Origin: Vicugna vicugna
Lineage: Eukaryota
DNA length: 64,000 nt
Direction of reading: 5' to 3'
NCBI GenBank assembly: GCA_013265495.1
Contig: MU058844.1
Coordinates: 5,000,344-5,064,343, forward strand
Part shown: positions 37,203-51,200 of the stretch, piece after piece
How positions within the stretch are numbered: the first letter of the stretch is position 1
Layout: the number at the start of each line of letters is the position of its first letter
Notes under the pieces: model-generated
The model's input: only the letters and a program-made list of their open reading frames with translations
Databases searched by the model: none
Told to the model about the DNA's origin: nothing
Position numbers and translations under genes: made by a program

Positions 37203-37857
37203 TGTTGCTGGTGGATGTAACCAGTGTCTGTTCTTGGACCAGTCCCAGAAAGAGTTCAGAAACAAGACTCAGAGGTTAAGAGAGTAAAGTGAGGACTTAT
37301 TAAGGGATAGATAGTACACTGTCAAGGGGAGAGCGGGCAGGCTCGGGTGAGCAGCTGCCCTGAGTTTCTTTGGCAGGTTGGTTACACAGTGTAAAAATGA
37401 ATGGGTCGAATATTCACTGAGGAAGGAAGGGTTTGGGGTTGTATTCCCTGATTTTCACCCCAACTCCACGTTCCCAAAGGGAGGAGGGATTTTGTCCTTA
37501 TTTAGTCTGGATTGGAAGTGTCATGGCATCTGTGCATGCTGGGTACTTCTAATCTGCAAAGCTAATTTTATTGAAATGAGGGCATAATGAGCAAAAGGTA
37601 ACATTTGGACTCTGGAGATTCCTGCCTTTTCCCACCATTCTTTTATCAGCCTCCAGGCTGCTCATCACTCCAAAAGTTGTGACCCCTTATCATCCCAGAG
37701 GTTCCTGCTTTTCTTTCTCTTCCCAGGGACTCCTGGTGTTTATATTAATGTGTGGTTCCCTGCATTGGGCCTGTGTCTCTCCTTTCTGACCAGTTTCTGC
37801 CATTTGGCCTGTGTCCCCCTTTCTCTGCTCATATCTAGCTACCTGCCTGCTCTAACA
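37203..37857 (-). mobile_element. ERV1-class solo LTR, 655 bp, probably lineage-specific
   Basis: TGTT...AACA inverted termini and a perfect 4-bp TSD CTTA (37199-37202, 37858-37861); GC-richer than the flanks; strand inferred. Confidence 0.85.
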
Positions 37858-38699
37858 CTTACAGTGACTAATCAGCTTGTAGGCTCATATTTTGTAAAAC
37901 AAATTTCAGGGTCTGGCTGTTGACCTCACTGTATCTTTTTAACGAAATTTGGGCTCCTAACCTCTAGTCTTGTATTAATTCTGTTTGTTCTTGGCATCTT
38001 GTATTTTGAGGTCACCATGGCTAAGCTTGCAGAAAGAGAAAGACACTGTCACCAAACAGTGAATCTGCACATAAACGTCACAATATAAATATGAAGGCAT
38101 AGTTCTAAGTCTACTCAATGTTATAGGTCAAACAGACTCCAGAGGAGAGAAGAGAAGCCACGTGGTCATTGGCTTATTCATTGTGCTCCAATGTCCAATA
38201 GTGTGAATTTTGGCCCCCTAATTACTAGTCTCATTCAGAAATCCAAACATCTCTAATAGATTCCTATAACTAAACTGCCTTCGCTGGCACAACTTGGAAG
38301 AGTTAGTCATGAGTCTATGCTGGCCCTGAGGATCATGTTTACACATCATTACTTTAGTCCCAGAATATGCCAGGGCTGCCTACAGATGCTGCTGCGAGTG
38401 ACCTCTCCTCAGAGAGAGAGGCTCACCACTGATGAAGGTGAAAGACAAATGGCAAAAGCTTTTGACAGTCCACATCCAAGGTACATTCTGAATGACAAGT
38501 ATAATGCCTACTTCTTTCAGTTATTTTTACTTTTTCAAAAAGTCTACAGTTGCCCTGCAAAGCTGCAAAGAGATGAGAGCTCAAATCTTATAAATATATG
38601 AAGTTCAAAGGTCTTCTCTTGGAATAACTGGAAATGGTCATCTTAATTTACTATTTCATGGAGTGTGTCCACAGGAACTACAAGCTAAGGATCACTGAA

Positions 38700-38877
38700 G
38701 TCTGCGATGTGGGGAAGGGGAATTGTTATTTTTAAAAAGGTGTAAAATACTTCTGCAAATTTTACAAAAGTATGTAATTATGTTAAATATTGATAGAGCC
38801 TTTCTCAGAAGGGGTCTATAGATATGAGGAGCTGGGAAGCTTACATCCCATTAGTTTGACAATCGATTTGCCCCTGG
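38700..38877. mobile_element. Zaphod/MER115-type hAT terminal fragment
   Basis: tacttctgcaaattttacaaaagtatg...gaagcttacatcccattagtttgacaatcgatttgcccctg resembles the reverse complement of the element start. Confidence 0.55.
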
Positions 38878-41800
38878 ATATTCAGTTCTCATTTACATAA
38901 AGTTAGCTCCTTGCTAAATTAATAGCCCTTTAACAGCACCTTCTATTATCTTCCTCATTTTTATTTTTTCTAGAGAATCCATCTATTACACCAGCGTTGC
39001 TCCATTGCCCGAGGGTGCTATTCCTTCATTTTGTTACCAGCAGCAAAAGCAGATTCCTTGCTGCTGTTATCCCCCAAAATGCACGCCACAGTAATCATCA
39101 GCGCTCACTCAGAGAAATAAGCAAAAGGGTGATTTTCTTAAGCACTAAGATAACCAGTGTTCACTGACACAAGCTATTAGCCTCCCCTCCATAGCAAATA
39201 CCTACAAGATATAATTTCATGCTGACATCAAAGGCACAGTTACTGACTGGGAGGCCTTTCAGTGTCTGAGTTTTTGAAATGATGGATTATTCTGCCTCTT
39301 TACCATCTTGTTCAAGAATTGGCCATAAATGAAGATCACATAAGGATCAATGCACCTTAATGTGATATGTTTTGAAGCAACCAATTTAGTATATGCTTAT
39401 TTATATAGATGAACAAACTATTATATCACTACATTTTTCAAATTGGTGTCCTGTATGTTTTCATACATACTTCTATGATAAAATGTCTAGAAATTTGGGA
39501 TAAAATTCAAGAAGTACAGTTATGCTTGTGAGATAACAAAAGAATTTCTTAAGAGCAAAAACAACAACAATAAACAAACAAACGAGACAACAGGGTTCCC
39601 TTTTTAACTGGATGGGTTCTTAGGTTTAAAAAGGGCTGAGAGAAGTTTACAATGAAAAGCAGCTAGGAAAGGAGTTGTGAGTTTTAAGAACAGATAAACT
39701 TTTTTCCGTGAATCTATAATTTAAGAAAAAGATTTCTGGTCTCCTTTAGGCCTTAATTTCCTCTCTTTTATCCTCCTATTTTATAATCTTGAAGGTCTTT
39801 AAATGTAGTAATGTTTATTATCGCTCCTTGATTGCCGTTCTGTGATTACTTTGTGGAAGTAGAAACCTCATTCCATTTAAAAGGCAATGGGGGATAGAGG
39901 AAAGTATCTATGTTAAGTAAGAAAGGAAAAAAAAAAAACCTGCTTCCTTCCCAGCTCTCCATTCAGTGCTTCAGAACTGTGCAGAAGCAAACAGCAGTGA
40001 TAATAAAATCTAGTGCATCTGATGTGTGGGAACATCAAATTAGGAAATGGAGATATCATTCAATTCTTAATACCCATGTTTGATTATCTGAAAATTGGGA
40101 ATGAAAATACTTGCATTACCTAGCTCATAAAATTGTTTTTAACTTTTATACATCAAGGCAGAAAAATGTATGGGCGCTGAAAACTTTAACAGGCTATACA
40201 ATGTCATAGTTGTAACTCTGCCAACATTTCCCTAATTCTGACATGCTACCCTGAAAGTTTTGTGGCTTTTGTCCATGATATCACAGGTCTACCCTATGCA
40301 AGACAAAAAGATACACCATTTTAGAAGAATATTTTTAATATGCTGTTGGACTCATATTTTTCATCTTGGAAAACACATTTTCGTCTAGAAATGCTTTTAT
40401 TGAAAATAATGTTTTATTTTTTCTTAGTGATCATTCAAATTGAGTGTCTAAAAAATTCATCAGAGACCAGTTTTAAATGCTTGTCCTGCAGGTAATTCCA
40501 TTTCTGGGAGAGATTTAAACACATATCTATTTAACAATTATTCTGTCTGATTCTGATAGATGTGATCTATGGGCAGGCTTTGAGTAACACTCTGAGTGGG
40601 AGAAACCATCTTAGTTAAGATTTAATTTTCCAATAGAAGCATGTAGGTGTGGGTTAGTGATGGCTGTGTCATCTTGTGCCAAGTGCATAGACCGTTTGTG
40701 TTCTTATGTGTTTCCAAAAAGTGCATGCAGAAGAGAGTAAAACTTTGTCCGTTAGAAGAACTTGATAGAAAACAAGAATCATGAAAGGGAGAGAAAAAAA
40801 GAAGAACAAAAGTCAAAGCATATTAATTGCATAACGACCCTTAGGGGACAGGGGTTATATAGGCTGTTCTGAATGTTACAAGATAACATTCTGAACATTA
40901 ACAACCATATACGAACTCATTTCACAGTATATTTCTGAAAGAAAATATATATTAGTAATAAAATGTTCATGTTGATTACAAAACACAAAACTCCTTCTAT
41001 TTATATGATTCTATTTTATAAAAATTTAGCATCTGGGACTCTGGGATACCTGGATTACAGCCCTGTCTCACAAATGAGCTAGGGTGAAGTACAGAGTCAT
41101 GTAAAGGAGAAATCTAACTATCCTTGAGGTCACTAGTGACAACTCTAGAATCTCTTGGAAAATCAACGTGCCCGCAATAGGATGAGTAAAGAAGGTCTTT
41201 GTTATTTCATTAACTGTAGTTGGTATAATCTTATAGTTAGCAACAACTGATTTTTTTTAACTTGGATAAAATTATGCTAATACTTATTTCTAGAAGTGTT
41301 GTAAGAGTGGTATGCAATCAGATGTAAGTGTATAAATCACCTTATATCAGTAAGCCACTGTACAATTTTAACATTTTTAACCCTTTAGGGTAAAGTAAGC
41401 ACATCTAAGAATCACAATAAAATGTGAATATTTTGTTTATTATGTTTTTTTCCTCCATACAATTTAGTTACTTCAACCTACTTCATAAAAGGTTAGGTTG
41501 TGTGATTGTAAATAATTTATTTTGTTTCAAATATCTTCTATAAATTGGATATTAGCAGTTTACTAAATTAAAATTATTTGCGTGGCTTCATGCAATTGTA
41601 AATTGTTTTCAACGAATTTGGGATGATAAATGGTAAGAAAAGATTAAGATTAGCAGTTGCTTTGTAACCCATCCTGCCTATCCAGGGGACACCAGGAATA
41701 AAAGAAGAAAGAAATGGTTAGGAAAAGTTCAATCTTCTTATTAATATACCAGTTAAACCCAGTGATATTGACCAGTAGAAAGATAATAGAAATTCATGAT

Positions 41801-42277
41801 CTGTGGAATGATTTAAGTAAGGTACTTCTGGTTAGTCAAGGTTGTAGATGGTAGACAAACTTAAACTTTGAGCATTTATGGGGCATGATTTACTGAGAGT
41901 TAGTGTCAGCTAATGTAGTGAATGTATTTTATAACTTAAATAGCTTTCCTTGTGGAAGTGATTCCCTGCTTACACTGCTTAGAAATTTCATCTGTCAAGC
42001 TGGACCAGGATGTGTCCAGTATGACAAGAGAGAAAGTGGAGAGGTGCACTGGTGATCTCAGAGTTCTTTATGCTGTGTTGGCTAATCTGTGGGTGTTAAC
42101 TGGGTCTTGGTTTATTCTGTATTAAATTCTCTATTTTCTTGTTCTCCTGAATATTTTCAACTCTATCCAACTATTTCACCATGAAGGGAAAAGGGGCATC
42201 TAATATGAAATACATTGGCTTTTCTCACCCTATGAATATGTGTATTAATGTTTCATTCTTTCTCATCTGACCACAGT

Positions 42278-43780
42278 ATTTATTCATTTAGTCAGCCAAA
42301 AAAATTTGAGTCAGTTATTGTATTGGGAGTCAGAGTTACGATGGCAAAGAATACAGATTCTTTGCCTGACAGCATGGGATGATAGTCTAGTAAGCAAGAC
42401 GTGTTAATGTAATACAATAATTTATAAATTATCCACAATTTGCTACTCTCTAACCTAATATAGGGAGTTAGGAGCATTTTCCTTAATGAAGTGTCATCCA
42501 AAACAAGATCTGAATATTAGACAAAGAGGAAAGGAAGATGAAAAAGATGGCTACAGGCAGAGAGAACAGCACAGATGAAGACCCTGAGGACATGTAAGAG
42601 CTGAAGGAGGGTCGTGTGGCTGAAGCATAGGGCCTGGCATAGTGATGAGGTGGAGGGCTAGGCTGGAGCCAGGTAATGGAAGGATGTAGGCCATCTTCAA
42701 GGACTGTGGCCTTTCACTTAAGACAGACAGAACACCATGGAAGGGCATTTGCAGTTTTTAGATGAAACATCACCATCTTTTTCTCCAGATTCAAAACTTT
42801 ACCTGTGTTTTTGTTTCCCTCCTCCTCCATTCAGGATCAGTCATCTCCTCTTGCACTTTTATCTCCAAATTCTGCTTGCCTGCCACCAACTTCCCCTCCC
42901 AAATATTCCCAGGCATACCTACACTGTAGAATTGTTTTCCTTCACTGTGTATTAGTGTTTTTACAAACCATTTGCTGAGTACCATGTATTGTATCAGGCG
43001 TCAGACATACTGCCTGAAGTGTCCTCTGTGATTAAAGCTTCAGTCTATTTGTAATGAGCTTCTCACTCCACAGGATTATCAAGATCCAGCAATATGATTC
43101 TTCTTTTAGTCAGTATTTATTGGGTAACCACTGGGTGTGAAATGGGAAATATGGATGAGGTGAAAAACAGACAAGGTCAGTGCCCCTCGAAAACCTGAGA
43201 GGTGATGGCGGTTCAGGTAGAAGAGAGGGAATACAGATAAGAAAACAAGTAAATAAATATATGCTAATTGCATCCTGTAATACCTCCTGTAATAGTAGTT
43301 TTAAACTATAAAGTAGTTTAAATTTGTTCATTGGTTTATTCATTAATTCGATAAATGTCTGTATGGATTCGGCGCTGCGAGTTCACTGCATTCACTAGGA
43401 AACATCAGTGAGAGAGCATCCTGTTCTTAAAGAGCTCACGTTCTCAGGGGGGCAAATACATTAACTGATAAGTTGCTCTACAGTGAGGCAGGTGGTAGAA
43501 CAGAGGTGGGAGGGAGCCACCAGGGGAGAGACTCAATATACTTAAGACAGTTGAGGCAAAATTTCACAGAGTGGGTAAATCTAGGAAACTGAATTTTAAA
43601 ATTAAAATGGGTTAAGGGCTACTAAAGATGGGCTGCAGTCTTTAATAGCTGAAAGATTAGCATGAATCCATGGGTAAATGAGGAACAGTTCAGCATGTGA
43701 TCCAGCGAGACTGGTTCAGAGGCTGGGACAAAGAACATATGAGTGGAAGGGAGACAGAGAGCTAATGGACACAAGAGAAA
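42278..43780 (-). mobile_element. Cluster of L2 3'-end fragments
   Basis: Several L2 termini (tattcatttagtcagcc at 42280, cagtatttattgggtaaccac at 43111, ttcattaattcgataaatg at 43340) and caggcagagagaacagcacagatgaagaccctgagg. Confidence 0.7.
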
Positions 43781-44808
43781 TACTTATGACCTCACCTAGC
43801 CCTCTGTTCCAAATTAATGTTATTTATTATTAACTTTTATCAGGATTAAGGCATCAGCCTTAAATCAACTAGATTATTAAATTAACTGGATAAATTTATA
43901 GTATAATTAACTATCCCATTACCTTTCACAATGAAATCAAGCCTACAGTTCAACAACTAATTAAATAGGAGTAGTCTTTTCAGGGGAGACATAGCCACAT
44001 TTTTCTTTATCCTTGAAGTTAATGAAACTTTCCATTCAACAAGATGCATTTCATCACCAAACTCAAATCCCCAGTGGGCAGTGAAATATTAGTATTTGAA
44101 TATTTATGATGATGCTGAAGTATAGTCAGTGATTGTGTTTTCCATGATAAAGTAACAGTAAGAACAACCATTTCTTATGTACTAGAAGTCTGCTGCCTAC
44201 TACCAGAACCCTTAGGGGAAAAATTCCATTAAAGCAAATCAAGTTAATAAACGTGCATCTAGCCACGCCATTGGCATTCATCATTCTAAAATTATAATAT
44301 CATTCACTTTATAAGATAGAAATGCAGTTATTGTTATAGATCATCATCATAAGATCGATGTTGTGAGCTTCAAAAATCTGTGTCTCTTTCAGCTTCAAAT
44401 TAATCTGCTACAGATTACTTCAGTGTATTAGTATGAAAATATGTCCATGAATATTCATTCATAAGCATCAACTTCTCAATTTAGACAGTTAGCTTTTTAG
44501 TATAGTTTCTTTCATTGTACTTGGCCACTCTCTGTATTACCTTGCATTTACACAGCAGCTTGCCTCTGAGGAATCTAAAGTACTGTGGTTTAATTGTCCA
44601 AAAGAAATGGTGTCAGGGTGGAGGAAAGGGAGGTAGAAAAATGTGTTTCCTGATTGTCTTGGGGAATTGGGAGATACTTAATTTTAATTCTGGCTATAAG
44701 CCCAGACAGTGAGGCTAAGCCTACACAAGTGAGGTTGTATTTGAGATTTCTAAATTTTGCCTGTACGTGGAGTCCTGTTTCAAGAAATTCACATTATTCT
44801 ATCTAAGC

Positions 44809-45036
44809 CAGTGGCTCTCAACCTGGGGCAACGCTTCTGTTCTCTCTATTCACCCCACTGTGGGGAAATTTTGGCAATGTCCAGAGATATTGCAGGGTTA
44901 GGGAGGAAATGTGCTACTGGTAGCTTGTGGATAGAGGCCAAGGATGCTGCTAAAAATCCTGCAATGCAAAGAACAGCCCCCGAACAAAAGAATTATGAGA
45001 CCCAAAATGTCAATAGTGCTGAGATTAGAAACTTAG
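44809..45036. mobile_element. MER20 hAT-Charlie MITE
   Basis: cagtggctctcaacctggggc...tttggcaatgtccagagat...gatagaggccaaggatgctgctaaa...cccaaaatgtcaatagtgctgag. Confidence 0.92.
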
Positions 45037-46030
45037 TGCATATACACTCGATTTCTTTGATATTTACTTAAAGAATCTAACACCAAATAATAGTGGCAGG
45101 TGCTGAGTGTAAGTCTGATTTTAGTGAAATATTATTTGTAGCAGGGAGAATTTGCAGGCATGGTGTGACTTACACCCTTAATTCATCTAGAAAATAAAGT
45201 CAGTCTGGACCCTAGATTTCTGCCATGCCTCTAAGGTAATAAAGGAACGCTTTTCTAGTTCTCATTTTATCTGAAGTGTCTGAAACCCTCCCTACCTTTT
45301 TCTGGAGTCAGGCTTAGTTTCTAACTGATGTTCCCGGTGTTGACCCATACAGATACTAGGAGGGCCTCTCCTTTCCAGTGAAGTAGGTTGACTCCAATTA
45401 TTTTCACTTTTCCCCGCAGATAAATCCAGTGCCTTCCTTAAAATGTCCAAAAAGTGAATTGCACTAAACTAAAGTTTCTATCGGAAAGAATATTAGCCCA
45501 ACATACACACAGAGTAATCATTCAACTATTGAACTTTCTGTTTAACTTTTACTTTGTCACTGTTAGCAGAATTTACTAATCAGCCTGTTGATGTGGCTGA
45601 GAACACCTTAAATATTTTAGTACTCTAAATATAGCACAACAGTACAATATGATGCAACAATTTCATAAAGCACAATTTACATTTTTATTCATGCCCTTAT
45701 CTTGCTGAGGTACTTTCCAGCTTCCTCAAAATTTCCCCACCCCTGGGGTTGGTGACATTCTATCACCATGATCACCAAAATGGGAAGTTTTTCAGAGTGC
45801 CAAGGGGCACATTAATAGTTCTTTGTCAATCAGATGTAAATCAGAAGTGTTTCTGGCATACTGTGTCATTTGGTTATGCCAACTACAGATATCTCAAGTC
45901 ATTTACCACTGGCATCTTTGAGATAATGCTTGATGATATCAGTTTCCTAAACTATGCTGGCCCACGTGCTGAGAGCTGAAAACAATTTCTGTTTCAGTGG
46001 ATGCCATTGGAGAATACACCAGGTACTCAC

Positions 46031-46133
46031 CTTTTCCAAACATTATCATGGTTTCCTTTCCCTCTGGGTAGATATGGTATACTGGGTACTGCCAATGCCG
46101 TTACAGTCATCTGGAGTCCTCCTGAAGCCAAAT
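46031..46133 (-). CDS. Candidate 103-nt internal exon; one open frame (D)LASGGLQMTVTALAVPSIPYLPRGKGNHDNVWK(R/S); gene not recognised
   Basis: On -: cattttatttccatgttttaacacctgattgtacAG|ATTTGG...GGAAAAG|GTGAGTAC; consensus donor, plausible branch point and acceptor, non-repeat sequence. Confidence 0.45.
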
Positions 46134-46805
46134 CTGTACAATCAGGTGTTAAAACATGGAAATAAAATGTCTCCATTCCTATTATTATGACATTTGGATA
46201 GGGTGTATGTATATAAAATAGTTTCTGCTTTTGTCTTATCACCTTTAGATTTTTTCATGCAGTATACCACATAAATGTATACTGTAAATGTAAGTTCATG
46301 GATGGCTAGGCTAATAGTTAATTCTGATTGACACATAATATGCTTTCCCCTGCAAATATAAGCTTTTCTTTAGCTGATTAAGCTTATGGCCTATGAGTCC
46401 TCCTCCTGGAATGTTTCCCCTCCACCCCAAGAGTTTCTTTGATTCCATAAGCAAATAGGATTCCTACAGACTCATCCCACCAAACTGTGAACGTGTCCAG
46501 ACTGGTTGATATCCCAGAGGTTCATACATTTTAGACTCAATCTAGGATTTATTACCATATTAAGGCCAAAAAAAAAAACCACTTCTGTATAATTTTTAAA
46601 GTAAAAGTAAAAATAAAGAAAGCAGCTTGCAAGCAATTTCTAATCATCCATAAGCAAAACATCTGGTTCCCATTGTGGCCAATTTTAATTTTTTTACATA
46701 TTTAGTTCTTACTCACACACATGCTATTCCAGTCGTCTTGTATTTTGATTTCTTTGAAGCATAAAATTAACACTATGTTTATTTGGTCATTTTGCGTATC
46801 CATGT

Positions 46806-46893
46806 GTTATGAACTGAATTGTGTTGTCCTCAGATTCATATGTTGAAGTCCTCACCCCAATGTGCCTATATTTGGAGATGAGACCTTTAAGGA
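46806..46893 (+). mobile_element. MLT1A/B-like LTR 5' fragment
   Basis: tgttatgaactgaattgtgttgtcctcagattcatatgttgaagtcctcaccccaatgtg...tatttggagatgagacctttaaggag. Confidence 0.8.
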
Positions 46894-47834
46894 GAAAGGA
46901 TATAGCCTATTTTTCTATATCACTTAGCACAATATCATCATCAGGGGACTGTCAGTTATTTTTTAAGAGAAGGATATTTTCTTGAATGTCAGTGACTCTT
47001 TGCCACACCATTTCTTTCATCATTTTGCCATGACTTTAAAATACCAAGTTAACCTAATAACTGGAGTACAGTATGTTATTTCCCATAAGGATAGCATTAT
47101 TTATCTGATACGTTTATCTAAATTGACTTGTTCGATCAACCTTATGTACACTTTGCAATGTTTAAGGATTTTAAAATGGTTTTAGACAATTAACATTTTG
47201 GAATGCGGTTGGTTTCTGTTAGAAATGTCTCAAATGACTTAATGATATCTGCCTCACTGCTTAAATTTCTACTTACATATTCTTTGGTGTATATAGGTAG
47301 ATCAGTGCTTAAAATCTAATGTATTCATCTAATTATTTCTTTTTAAAAGGAATACTCTGTGGGGAAGCTATGTAGCATGTATATTAGATCTCCATTACCT
47401 TCCTCCAGGTACAGCATTTCTCACTAATGAGTGACTTAAGCTTAAGCTTTTGGACTGTAGCACTATATTGCTCTATGATAAGGCCAATTCATTTTTCTAT
47501 GAGCACAAAGAGGGAGTGAACTGCTGTAAAATTCTTAAACAGCAGAGAAAATACCCTTTGCTATGCAGGTTGGGAAAGAGCAGAAGAAAGGAGAATGAAA
47601 AATAATCTCTCCTAGTGAGATGCCTAAAGCAAGTGATGAGGCTGTCCTGCTAATGAGCTCCTTAGAGGTGGCCAAACTGAAGCATATTAAAAATCAAGTC
47701 AGAAGCAAACCAATCTTAGGTCTTTGGCTAGAATTTCATTAAACCTTTCTGACAAGATGTGACAAATACGCCTCTGTTTGTAGCTGCGTAGACTTCAACC
47801 TCCCCAAGCTTAGGTATCAGAAAGAATAATAGAG

Positions 47835-48065
47835 CAATGATAATAATAGCTACCACTAATAAGATGCCTTCTAGATGCCAGTACTGTACCAGGCATGTTT
47901 ATGGCATCATAACAGTAAATATTTTACCATCTCTAGGAAGTAGGGATAATAGTACTTAAAAGATTTTTTTAAGAGACAAAAAGAGAAGTTACTTGCTCTA
48001 CAGTAGACTTAGGTAGAAATGCTAAGGTTTGAACCCACATCTGTATCTGAAGTGCTTTCCAATTA
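47835..48065 (-). mobile_element. MIR SINE (degraded)
   Basis: aataatagctaccactaataagatgcc...tgccagtactgtacc...ggtagaaatgctaaggtttgaaccca. Confidence 0.6.
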
Positions 48066-48287
48066 ATAGATTACTTTAATACAGCTTCAATAAACATATA
48101 TTGAGGACCATTATAATTGGGGCTCCAGTTGTACAATTCTGAATAAAGACCTTGTTTTCCAAAAGCAACTCTGGAGCAAACCTTATTTCTCTAAAACTGG
48201 GAAAGTTATATTTTAAGGAGGAAGAAATTTTCTAGTCCTCCCAAAATTACGAGAAACCTGAGGAATTCTCTGTGTGAAAAAACTGTA

Positions 48288-51200
48288 CAGTTGACTGTTG
48301 AACAACATGGGTTTGAACTGTGCCAGTCCACTTATACATGGGTTTTTTTTTCAGTAAGTTTTTTGGAGACTTTTTGGAGATTTGTGACAATTTGAAAAAA
48401 CAAATGAACCATGTAGTCTAGAAATATCAAAAAAATTTAAGAAAAAGGTATGTCATGAATGTATAAAATATATATGATATTAGTGTATTTTATCATTTAC
48501 TACCATAAAATATACTCAAAACTATTATAAAATTTTTAAATTTATTAATTTAAACACTGACAGAGCATGTATGGCATTCACAGTAGAAAGATGTAAACAA
48601 GTGTAAAGATGCATTAAATCATAACTACATAAAATAAACTGTCGTACATACTAAACTACTGTGATAATTTTGTAGTCACCTCCTGTTGCTATTGCGACGA
48701 GCTCAAGTGTTACAAGTATCTGCCTAAAAATGCCCTGTGACGCTAATCATCTCCACCTGAGCAGTTTTTCTCTCCAGCAAACTGCGTTTCTCAGTAAAAA
48801 GTGATCTCTCATGGTTCTTGCGTGTTTTTCATTGTGTTTCATGCAAGACTGTAAACCTTGACTAACACCATGGGACTCTTACGAAGTTCCACTAGCGATG
48901 CTGGAAGTGCCCCCAAGAAGCAGAGGAAAGTCACGGCCTTGGAAGAAAAAGTTGAATCGCTTCCATGTGCTGCGATTGTGGTCTGCAATGCAGTTGCCCA
49001 CCATTTCAAGATAGATGAAGCCGGCATAAGGACCACTGTAAAAGAAAGGAAAGTAATTTATGAAGCCATTGCTGCAGCCACACCAGCAGACGCTAGAATC
49101 TTGCACATTTTGCAAATACTTTTATCTCTTACTGAAAACACAGCTTGTACATGGGTGCAGGATGGCCATAGGAGAGGCATACCTATAGACTCTAATACTA
49201 GTTGAGAAAAGGTGAAATCATTATATGAGAACCTGAAGCAAAAGGAAGGTGAAGGATCTAAGCCTGGAGAACTTAATGACGGCAAAGGGTGGTGTGATAA
49301 TTTTAGAAAAGGATTTGGCTTTAAAAATGACAAGGTAACAGGAGAAGCAGCGTCTGTCGACCAAGAAATAGCAGACAAGTTCCCAGACGCCATTTGGAAA
49401 ATCATTGAGAAGAAAGGATATCTTCTCAAACAGGTTTTTAATGCAGATGAAAGTACACTGTTCTGGGGGGAAAATGCCACAAAGGACTTGTTAGTAAGGA
49501 AGAGAAGCAAATACCAGGATTGAAGGTAGGAAGGGATAGGTTAACTCTCCTGCTTTTTGCAAATGCTGTCAGGTTTATGATCAGGATGGCCCTTCTCTGT
49601 AAAGCTGCTAAGCCCCAGTCCTTGAAGGGAAGAGCTTAAAACCAACTGCCAGTCTTTTGGTTGTACAAGAAGAAGGCCTGGATGACGAAAACACTTTTTG
49701 TGGATTGGTTCCACTGATGCTTTGTCCCTGAAGTCAGGGAGTTCCTTGTCAGTAAGAGATCACCTTTTAAAGTTATTTGGATATTGGACAATGCCCTGGT
49801 CACCTAGAACCCCATGAGTTCAAATCAAAGGCATCAAAGTGGTCAACTTGCCCTCAAACTCAATGTCTCTAATTCAGACTCTAGATTGGAGAGTCTTAAG
49901 GACCTTTAAGACACGTTACACACAGTTCTCTATGGAAAGAATTGACAATGCCATGGGAGAGAACCTTGACGGAGAGGATATCCTAGAAATCTGGATGGAT
50001 TACACCTTTGGAGATGTCATTGTTGTGATACAAAAAGCAGTGAAAGTCATGAAGCCTGAAACAATAAGTTCTTGCTGGCAAAAACTATATCCAGATGTTG
50101 TATATGACTTCACAGAATTTGCAAGAGAGCCAATCAAGAAAATCATGAAAGAGATTATAGATGTTGGGGGAAAAGGTCGGGGGTTAGGGGTTTCAAGATG
50201 TAGATCTTGGAGAAATTCAAGAACTAATAGACAATACACCATGGAATTAACAGAAGTGTGACCTGATGGAGATGAGTGCTTCCAGGACAAGCGCCAGATG
50301 ATGAGGAAGAAGAAGTAGACGAAGCTGTGCCAGAAAACAGATTGACATTAGACAATCTGACAGAAGGGTTCCAGTTATTCAAGACCACTTTTGGCTTCTT
50401 TTATGACATGGACCCTTCTATGATAAGGCCACTGGAACTAAAAGCAAATGAAAGAAGAAGGATACTGGTATGGTATACAAACATTTTTAGATAAATGAAA
50501 AAGAAAAATAGTCATGTAGAAATACAGTGTATTTCTATTAAGTTACATCAGGTGTGTCTGCCTCTCCTGCCTCCCTTTCCACCTCCTCCACGTCTCCAGC
50601 CTCTGCCACTCCTGAGACAACAAGATGGACCCCTCCTCTTTCTCCTCCTCAGCCTACTCAATGTGAGGACAATGAGGAAGAAGACCTTTGTGATCCATTT
50701 CTGCTTAATAAATAGCAAATGATCATCATGCCATACAGTTAATACACTTATCTTTTGTGTATGCATGTGAGTGTCTCTATGTGAAAATTGAATAACTATG
50801 TCAAGAACTGTCTGAGATGTTTTTGTGTCATCACCGCCAAAGTATTCATCATGTAGAAAAAACTCTGTGCAAAACTTGTCCTGAAGTGGAGAGTCTATCC
50901 TTACATAGACATGAGGTGAGTGATTTTAATTATAATGTGTTAGTTTTCTTACTGTTTTGTAATTTTACTTTCAAAGAATTACATTATCATTACCATAGTG
51001 TATGCCTTCCCCCCCTTATAATTGGAGAAACTGTGTATCAAGCTATCATCACAGGTAAGTTTTTTTTTTAATGTAACAATGTTTCCAATACTGTATTATG
51101 AATGTGGCTATAATACTGTATGCCACAAAAATTTTATGATTATTCATTAGTATATAGACTAGGCTACCATAAGTAATAGTATTGTTACCATATTGTTACC

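Noticed and set aside
45998..46030. Possible + strand 25-nt exon TGGATGCC...CACCAG
   Set aside because: The donor GTACTC is weak and better explained as the complement of the - strand donor.
49058..49510. Longest ORF in the window (150 aa, - strand)
   Set aside because: Antisense shadow of the Tigger transposase.
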